A stretch of DNA of 64,000 nucleotides from Bdellovibrionia bacterium (GTDB lineage: Bacteria; Bdellovibrionota; UBA1018). The stretch lies in NCBI GenBank assembly GCA_049424145.1, contig JBMSSC010000001.1, forward strand, positions 32,267 to 96,266, in the 5' to 3' direction. Made by a program: the position numbers and the translations under genes. Below are positions 57,812-64,000 of the stretch, in pieces. The notes under the pieces were generated by a model. That model was given only the letters and a program-made list of their open reading frames with translations. It was not told the DNA's origin and did no database searches. Within the stretch, counting starts at the first letter, position 1. Each line of letters begins with the position of its first letter.

Positions 57812-58972
57812 ATGAGTGATTTAAAACTAAAAGTCGTCCGCTCCAAAGCCGATTGGGATGAGTTCATTGATTTGCCTTGGACCCTTTATCAGAACGATCC
57901 GTACTGGGTCCCACCACTGAAGATCGCAGTCCGGGACCTACTTGACGTCAATCGATCCCCTTTTTTTAAGCACGCCTCGGCTTATCCCCTACTGGCTTAT
58001 CGGGGAACCCAGTGCGTGGGTCGAGTGGTGGGTGTCGTTGATGAGCATCACAATCGATTCCATGAAGAGAAAACGGGTTTTTTTGGCTTTTTTGAGGCCA
58101 TAAACGATCCTGCCGTGGCTCATCTTTTGTTGGATGAGGTGGCTCAATGGGTCAAAGCCCAAGGCATGAATGTTTTGCGAGGTCCCATGAACCCGAGCAC
58201 CAACTACGAGTGTGGGCTTTTGGTGGAGGGCTTTGAGGACTCTCCTTCGGTGATGACCACGTATAATCCCAGCTACTATGCCTCGCTTCTGGAGAGCTGG
58301 GGGCTTCAGAAGTCCAAAGATTTGTATGCCTATGGCATCGATGGACTCAAAGCCAAGTTCTCCGATCGATTGATTGCTCAATCCGAGAGGATCCGAAAAA
58401 AAGGCGCTGTGACCTTTCGTTCGGTGCGAATGAAAGAGTTTGATCAAGAAGTGGATCGTCTTTTAGAGATTTACAACGATGCCTGGGAAAAAAATTGGGG
58501 TTTTGTTCCCATGGAGCCTGAGGAGTTTCGGCACTTGGCCAAGGACATGAAAACCATTATGGATCCAGAGCTGTGCTTGATTGCTGAGGTTCGAGGAGAA
58601 CCCGCTGCTTTTGCTCTGACTCTGCCTGATGTGAATCAGGCGTTTAAGAAGGTCAAAAATGGTAAGCTCTTGCCCTTTGGCCTGTTTCAGCTCCTTTGGA
58701 ACATCAAGGGATGGGGGAAGAAGAAAACCATCAATCGGTGTCGCATCATTACATTGGGGATTAAAAAAGCCTATCGAGAGTATGGAATTGGTCCTCTGCT
58801 CTACACGGAATACTTAAAGAGGGGGCCTGCTCTGGGCTATTTCACTGGGGAAGCCTCGTGGATCCTGGAGGACAATAAGCCCATGAATAAAGCCCTTGAG
58901 CTCATGTGTGGGCAGCGCACGAAGGTTTATCGCATCTACGATCGTGCACTTGCAGAATGGAATTCAAAGTGA
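57812..58972 (+). CDS. GNAT-fold N-acyltransferase, bacterial ceramide synthase-like (bCerS/YghO family)
   Basis: FIDLP..LY..DPYWVPPL, GFFGFFE, GLLVEGF, YNP.YY, YNDAW..NWGFVP and SWILEDN motifs; follows spt. Confidence 0.72.
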   Translation: MSDLKLKVVRSKADWDEFIDLPWTLYQNDPYWVPPLKIAVRDLLDVNRSPFFKHASAYPLLAYRGTQCVGRVVGVVDEHHNRFHEEKTGFFGFFEAINDPAVAHLLLDEVAQWVKAQGMNVLRGPMNPSTNYECGLLVEGFEDSPSVMTTYNPSYYASLLESWGLQKSKDLYAYGIDGLKAKFSDRLIAQSERIRKKGAVTFRSVRMKEFDQEVDRLLEIYNDAWEKNWGFVPMEPEEFRHLAKDMKTIMDPELCLIAEVRGEPAAFALTLPDVNQAFKKVKNGKLLPFGLFQLLWNIKGWGKKKTINRCRIITLGIKKAYREYGIGPLLYTEYLKRGPALGYFTGEASWILEDNKPMNKALELMCGQRTKVYRIYDRALAEWNSK

Positions 58973-59022
58973 GCTAGGCCTCAGGCCTGGCTCTTTTCTT
59001 CAGTTCAAGGCATGATGGGGAG

Positions 59023-59409
59023 ATGAATCCCCCAGTGGAACTGTCCTTTGCAAAAACGCTTCAAGGTATTTTACGCAACCGATGCCCGGCCTGCATGAAA
59101 GGATCGGTCTTCTCAGGTTTGTATCAAATGCCCTCATCCTGCGTGGGCTGTGGGTTTCTTTTTGAGAAAGAACCGGGCTATTTTTTAGGCTCCGTGATTG
59201 CGGCCTATTTTATTGGGGCCTTTTGCTTAGTTCCTACCCTCATTCTTCTGTTTTTTTGGCTCAAGCTTGAGCCTGTGTGGATTGTGTTTTGGGGCGTGGT
59301 GCAGATTGCAGTGTCTCATCCCTTTCTCTTTCACATCTCAAGACTCACTTGGCTTTATGTGGAAAACCAAATGACACAGACGTTGACGAGAGGTTCAGAT
59401 CACCGATGA
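59023..59409 (+). CDS. DUF983-like protein
   Basis: RCPAC..G..F and CVGC zinc ribbon, EPGYFLG, two TM segments. Confidence 0.75.
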   Translation: MNPPVELSFAKTLQGILRNRCPACMKGSVFSGLYQMPSSCVGCGFLFEKEPGYFLGSVIAAYFIGAFCLVPTLILLFFWLKLEPVWIVFWGVVQIAVSHPFLFHISRLTWLYVENQMTQTLTRGSDHR

Positions 59410-60065
59410 GAATTCTTGGAGTCGATCCTGGCTCAAGGCTGACGGGTTATGGGTGTGTGGAGGCTCATGGGCGCAAAATTATCCCCCTCACCCATGGGAC
59501 CTTAAGGTTGTCTTACCCTAAAAGTCAAACTCCCGCCTCCTTTGAGGATCGATTGCTCCTTTTGCATCAAGGCCTATCTGAGGTGATTCTCCAGTGGAAG
59601 CCCCAGGTTGTTGCGGTGGAGAAGGTGTTTTTTGCAAAAAACGTGGTGTCGGCTCTGAAGTTAGGACAAGCTCGTGGTGTGGTTTTGCTGACCGCGAAGA
59701 TGCACGGGCTGAGTGTGGCTGAGTACAGTGCCACTGAAGTGAAGTCAGCCATCACAGGTTATGGGAGAGCTGATAAACAGCAGGTGGCTCAAATTCTCCA
59801 ACTCATGGTGGGTCGTCAACCCTTTGAAACACCCGATGCCTCAGACGGTCTGGCTTTAGCCATCTGTCATGCTCAAAAATCGGATCCCGGAGGGCAGGTC
59901 TCAGGGGGAGCCCAAGCCACCTATTGGGCATTTAAAAACGAGTCGCCAAAAAAGAGGCAGTCCATGGCTCAGGCTCTGGGCCTCAACGATCGCAGGGGAT
60001 CGGATCTTTCCCAAGCCAAGCCTGCTTTGACCAACTCCAGACGGGGAAATCGTAACTTCAGATAG
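59406..60065 (+). CDS. ruvC: Holliday junction resolvase RuvC
   Basis: ILGVDPG, AVEKVF, LGQARG, GYGRADK and DASDGLA motifs; start ATG 59406. Confidence 0.95.
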   Translation: MRILGVDPGSRLTGYGCVEAHGRKIIPLTHGTLRLSYPKSQTPASFEDRLLLLHQGLSEVILQWKPQVVAVEKVFFAKNVVSALKLGQARGVVLLTAKMHGLSVAEYSATEVKSAITGYGRADKQQVAQILQLMVGRQPFETPDASDGLALAICHAQKSDPGGQVSGGAQATYWAFKNESPKKRQSMAQALGLNDRRGSDLSQAKPALTNSRRGNRNFR

Positions 60066-60186
60066 TGGTTTCCGTGATTGCCTTGTATACTGCGAAAAAT
60101 TGGCCGTCTCGGCTTGAAGCAGGCCCTGCCTGAAGGCTTGGGTCCTAGACCTCGGGGCAAGGCGTAACTGGGATGAAAGAAAAAAA

Positions 60187-60861
60187 ATGATCGGCTATTT
60201 AAAAGGCAAAGTTTTAGAGTGCTCAGAGGGTAAAGTCTTAGTGGGCTTGGGGGGGGCTGGGGGCGAAGGCATGATTGGGTATCAAGTGTTTTTTCCTTCC
60301 TCGCATCAGGCGATGTTCGAGAAAAAAGGGGAATCCTTAGAGCTCTATATTTACACCCACGTTCGAGAAGAAGCTTTCGATCTCTATGGTTTCCTGCATC
60401 CTGAGGAGAAGGAGCTATTTTTAATCCTCCTGAGCGTCAACGGTGTGGGTCCTAAGAGTGCTTTAGGCATTCTCTCCGCCATGGATGCTCAGGTCTTGGT
60501 CACTGCAATCATTCAAGATGATCAGAGCTTGCTGACTCGGGTCTCAGGGATTGGAAAAAAGACGGCTGAGCGACTGGTTCTGGAGCTCCGCGACAAACTC
60601 AAAAAGCGTGTTGAGCAAGGGGCGTTTTTCGGAAGTGCGACGGAGCGCTTGGATCCCCGAGCTCAATCCTCCCCGCGGAAAAATGCCCAAGATGGATTCA
60701 TGAGCCCTCTTTTTCAAGATGCAAAGGCGGCCCTGCTGGGGCTAGGGTACCGTGAGCCTGAGATTCAAAATCTGTTTCACCAACTGCTTAAGGATCGGCC
60801 AGAGGTGGAGTTTAAAAAACCAGAAGAGCTCATTCGCTTAGCCCTGCAGCGGATGGCTTAA
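60187..60861 (+). CDS. ruvA: Holliday junction branch migration protein RuvA
   Basis: MIGYLKG, VREE..LYGF, VNGVGPK and GIGKKTAERL motifs. Confidence 0.96.
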   Translation: MIGYLKGKVLECSEGKVLVGLGGAGGEGMIGYQVFFPSSHQAMFEKKGESLELYIYTHVREEAFDLYGFLHPEEKELFLILLSVNGVGPKSALGILSAMDAQVLVTAIIQDDQSLLTRVSGIGKKTAERLVLELRDKLKKRVEQGAFFGSATERLDPRAQSSPRKNAQDGFMSPLFQDAKAALLGLGYREPEIQNLFHQLLKDRPEVEFKKPEELIRLALQRMA

Positions 60862-60891
60862 TTCAGGAGGCTTTTTTACCTGAGCCCTCCA

Positions 60892-61995
60892 GTGAACCAA
60901 GGAGAAACGATGTCTCTTTCCCCAGAGGAAGCTGAAGCCCGCGTACTGAGTCCCCATCTTGAGATGGGTCAGGATGGATCCAGTGAGCATTTCATTGAGA
61001 AGAGCTTACGGCCTTCCTATATTTCTGAGTACATCGGTCAAAAAAAAGTCAAAGAAAACCTCATGCTCTTCATGGAGGCGGCACGAGTCCGGGGAGATTC
61101 CCTCGATCACGTGCTTTTGTCGGGTCCTCCAGGATTAGGAAAGACCACGTTGGCTCACATCATTGCTCAAGAAATGGGCACGGAGATTCACACGGTGACG
61201 GGGCCAAATGTGGAGAAAAAAGGGGATCTTGCTGCCATCTTAACCAATCTGAAGCCCGGAGATGTGCTGTTCATTGACGAAGTCCACAGGCTCCAAAAGA
61301 CCATTGAAGAAGTGCTGTATGGAGCCATGGAGGATTTTCGTTTGGACCTGATCATTGGGCAGGGACCTGCAGCTCGCACGCTGAAGATTGACCTGCCCCG
61401 ATTCACCTTAGTGGGGGCCACCACGCGAACGGGTCTATTATCGAGTCCACTTCGAGATCGCTTTGGGGTTCAGCTGCGATTGGATTTTTATCCCGTTGAG
61501 GAACTTCAAAAGATCATTCATCGCTCAGCCCATCTGCTGGACGTCAAGATGGATGCTTCAGGTGCTCATGAGATTGCACGACGCTCTCGAGGCACTCCGC
61601 GCATTGCCAATCGTTTGCTCAAACGCGTTCGAGACTACGCTCAGGTGAGATCTCAGTCCATGCAACTTGCTGGAGGTGGTATTGGAGCCGATCTTGCTCG
61701 CGCTGCATTATCCTTGTTTGAAGTTGATGATCGCGGCTTAGATGCTATGGATCGTAAGCTTCTTTTGACGTTGATTGAAAAATTTGATGGCGGTCCTGTG
61801 GGAATTGACACCCTCTCTTCGGCAATCGGTGAGGAGAGAGAAACACTGGAGGATGTCTATGAACCGTATCTCCTTCAAGAGGGGTTGATTCAAAGAACGC
61901 CGCGAGGGCGAGTGGCAACTCGGATCTGCTTTGAGCACTTGAATCTTCCATGGATGGGTTTAGACAAAAACTCAGAGGGACAAGATCTGAGCTAA
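60892..61995 (+). CDS. ruvB: Holliday junction helicase RuvB
   Basis: [23 protein letters not shown] and SRGTPR motifs; start may be ATG 60910. Confidence 0.97.
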   Translation: MNQGETMSLSPEEAEARVLSPHLEMGQDGSSEHFIEKSLRPSYISEYIGQKKVKENLMLFMEAARVRGDSLDHVLLSGPPGLGKTTLAHIIAQEMGTEIHTVTGPNVEKKGDLAAILTNLKPGDVLFIDEVHRLQKTIEEVLYGAMEDFRLDLIIGQGPAARTLKIDLPRFTLVGATTRTGLLSSPLRDRFGVQLRLDFYPVEELQKIIHRSAHLLDVKMDASGAHEIARRSRGTPRIANRLLKRVRDYAQVRSQSMQLAGGGIGADLARAALSLFEVDDRGLDAMDRKLLLTLIEKFDGGPVGIDTLSSAIGEERETLEDVYEPYLLQEGLIQRTPRGRVATRICFEHLNLPWMGLDKNSEGQDLS

Positions 61996-62246
61996 TCGTG
62001 TGGTATTTTTATCACACCGAGAGGGCCACATTCGTGGTAGGGATGAGACAGTTAAGTGGAATCGCTGGATGTTTTTCCTTGAGCCTTCCCTAAAAATAAA
62101 ATTTCAATCTACCTTAGGACATGTTGTAATGATTAGAGAATTTGAAGTGATGAACCACCATGAAAACTCTGAGGTCGTTTTTTTATTTTTTGGGGCACAC
62201 CCTTTGCTCTATGGGACTCAGTGACTCAAGTGAAGCAAGGAGGGCT

Positions 62247-63167
62247 ATGAATCCGCAACAAACTGTAAGAAGTGAAGTCTCTGTCAGTGGAATCGGATTA
62301 CATACAGGAAAGTCCACTCGCTTGACGTTTAAGCCTGCAGAAGCAGGAGGTGGGATTACCTTCATCCGTGTCGATCTCAAAGGAGCGCCGCGAATCGCCG
62401 CTCATCATCAGAACATCGTACACACTCAAATGGCCACCACTTTGGGACAAGGCTCCGTCACGATTAGTACGGTGGAGCATGTGCTAGCTGCCCTTCATGG
62501 TCTTGGGATCGATAACGTTGACATTGAGGTGGACGGTCCTGAAATTCCCATCATGGATGGGAGTGCGATTGCTTTTTATGAGGCCCTAGAAGCCGTGGGG
62601 GTTAACTCCCAAGGGGTCACTCGGCCTGTTCTTGCGCTCCGCAAAAAAGTGGAAGTGAAGATGGATCAAAAGTGGGCCGTGGCTGAGCCTGCTTCCCGAT
62701 TGGAGATTCATGGCTCCATTGATTGGGATCATCCGTCCATTGGGTATCAAGAGTTTCACTATGAGTCAGGAAAAACTTCCTTTCATGAGCTGGCTCGCGC
62801 ACGAACGTTTGGATTTTTAAGAGATGTGGAGGCCTTACGAAAACAAGGTCTTGCCCGAGGGGGCTCTTTGGAGAACGCGGTGGTCTTGGATCATGCCTTG
62901 GTTTTAAATCCCGAAGGCTTGCGGTTCTCCGATGAGTTTGTCCGCCATAAAGTGCTTGACGCTCTGGGTGATTTTAAGCTGGCTGGCTTTTCTCTTCATG
63001 CCTACATTCGCTTGCATCGAGCAGGGCATGATCTGCATAGCCAACTTCTCACGGAGATTTTTAAAGATCCCGATCAATATGAGATTATTCATGAACCCAC
63101 TAAGCCGCTAAAAAGCTTAGGGCGGACGCAAGCCGCGTTAGCTCGAAGTCTAGCGGCAAGTCTTTAG
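62247..63167 (+). CDS. lpxC: UDP-3-O-acyl-GlcNAc deacetylase
   Basis: GIGLHTG, TVEHVLAAL, PIMDGSA, ARTFGF and RHKVLDALGD motifs; start ATG 62247 with AGGAGG SD. Confidence 0.96.
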   Translation: MNPQQTVRSEVSVSGIGLHTGKSTRLTFKPAEAGGGITFIRVDLKGAPRIAAHHQNIVHTQMATTLGQGSVTISTVEHVLAALHGLGIDNVDIEVDGPEIPIMDGSAIAFYEALEAVGVNSQGVTRPVLALRKKVEVKMDQKWAVAEPASRLEIHGSIDWDHPSIGYQEFHYESGKTSFHELARARTFGFLRDVEALRKQGLARGGSLENAVVLDHALVLNPEGLRFSDEFVRHKVLDALGDFKLAGFSLHAYIRLHRAGHDLHSQLLTEIFKDPDQYEIIHEPTKPLKSLGRTQAALARSLAASL

Positions 63168-63209
63168 AGCCTTCTTGTCAATTCGGCTCTCCCCAGTCAA
63201 GGTTAAATC

Positions 63210-64000
63210 ATGCGTCCTCTTCGCTTCATCCTGGTTATGAGATGGCTTGCAATGGGCTGGGTTGTGCTTGGAGCAAGTCCTCCGGCTTGGGCCTTTTGGA
63301 GAGAGCCGGCCTCTGTCTCCTTCGCCCGTATTGATTCGGTAGATGCGTTAATGGAGTGTCCGCTGGAGACGCTTCCTCCAGACCTCTCGCAGCTTCTTTC
63401 AACCTTGGACTCCAAGGTGAAAAACTCCATTGCTAAGATGCAAACCTCCGTGAGCTCTCACTGCGAGGAGCTTGAGAAACGCTTAAGCCTAAGTAGTTAC
63501 AAACTCAATACTCTCGTTTTGCAAGGAATCATCTCGGCCCAAGTTCAGACTCAAAGCGCCATCAATCGGGCGACGCTTCAGGCAACGGCAACTCAAGAGG
63601 TATTATTTACGATTTCGGATCTGTTTTCCTCCTCTTGTCTGCAGAAAACAGAGGATCGAGTCATCATTCAGCGCCTGGTGGCTCAAATGATGACCATCGG
63701 AGGGATTTACACAGGAGGTTGGCAGGGCTTGAGCATGGCTGCATCGGGTCAATTCTTAGGCAGTCTTCCCTTGTTTCAAAGTGAATTTGATCAGGCCTTA
63801 GATTTTTTTAGAAAGTACGATGATGAAAACGAGCGCGGAGCTTTTCTTTGCATTTATCGTCAGATGCAAAAAACCCATTGCCAGTTATTTCCCGAGCGTG
63901 AGGATGAGGTTGTAGCGGGTGTCGACTTAACGGGGAAAACTGGGCCTTATCAAAAGACCCAAGAGAGTATTGAAGAGCTCAAGCAACGCATTGCCAAGGC
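63210..64000 (+). CDS. Hypothetical exported protein (partial, runs off the window edge)
   Basis: Not in the ORF track. Open frame of 263 or more codons from ATG 63210 (MRPLRFILVMRWLAMGWVVLGASPPAWA-FW...), signal-peptide-like start, several Cys. Confidence 0.7.
   Translation, partial: MRPLRFILVMRWLAMGWVVLGASPPAWAFWREPASVSFARIDSVDALMECPLETLPPDLSQLLSTLDSKVKNSIAKMQTSVSSHCEELEKRLSLSSYKLNTLVLQGIISAQVQTQSAINRATLQATATQEVLFTISDLFSSSCLQKTEDRVIIQRLVAQMMTIGGIYTGGWQGLSMAASGQFLGSLPLFQSEFDQALDFFRKYDDENERGAFLCIYRQMQKTHCQLFPEREDEVVAGVDLTGKTGPYQKTQESIEELKQRIAK

Noticed and set aside
54..63430. Numerous 60-150 aa ORFs antisense or nested within identified genes
   Set aside because: Shadow ORFs with no motifs that overlap well-supported CDSs.

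Overview
Core-genome window, most likely from a Bdellovibrionota-type bacterium. The lineage is inferred from gene content: mglA without mglB, an exported RCC1-repeat protein, paired subtilisins and a Tad/Flp-like pilin. Contents in order: hutH (partial), rpe, hutI; a PAP2/TlpA/pilin/GT-C group; a RibD-like reductase and rlmE; an exact 3231-bp head-to-tail duplication carrying a 14-repeat RCC1 protein; amn-mreB-PilZ; a fragmented dcw cluster lacking mraZ, murF, ddl and ftsA, with an in-frame TAG in mraY and an apparent CTG start in ftsW; two subtilisins; dnaX-recR-mglA-dksA; mltG; rho-rpmE-prfA-prmC-murA; a serine palmitoyltransferase plus ceramide-synthase-like pair; ruvCAB; lpxC. The most notable items are the sphingolipid gene pair, the perfect duplication, the mraY stop inside a cluster of apparent T>A changes, and a recurrent TAnnnT hexamer 6-8 nt before about 11 start codons, which suggests frequent leaderless mRNAs. 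No rRNA, tRNA, CRISPR array or mobile element was recognised. All calls come from motif recognition by eye, with no database searches.
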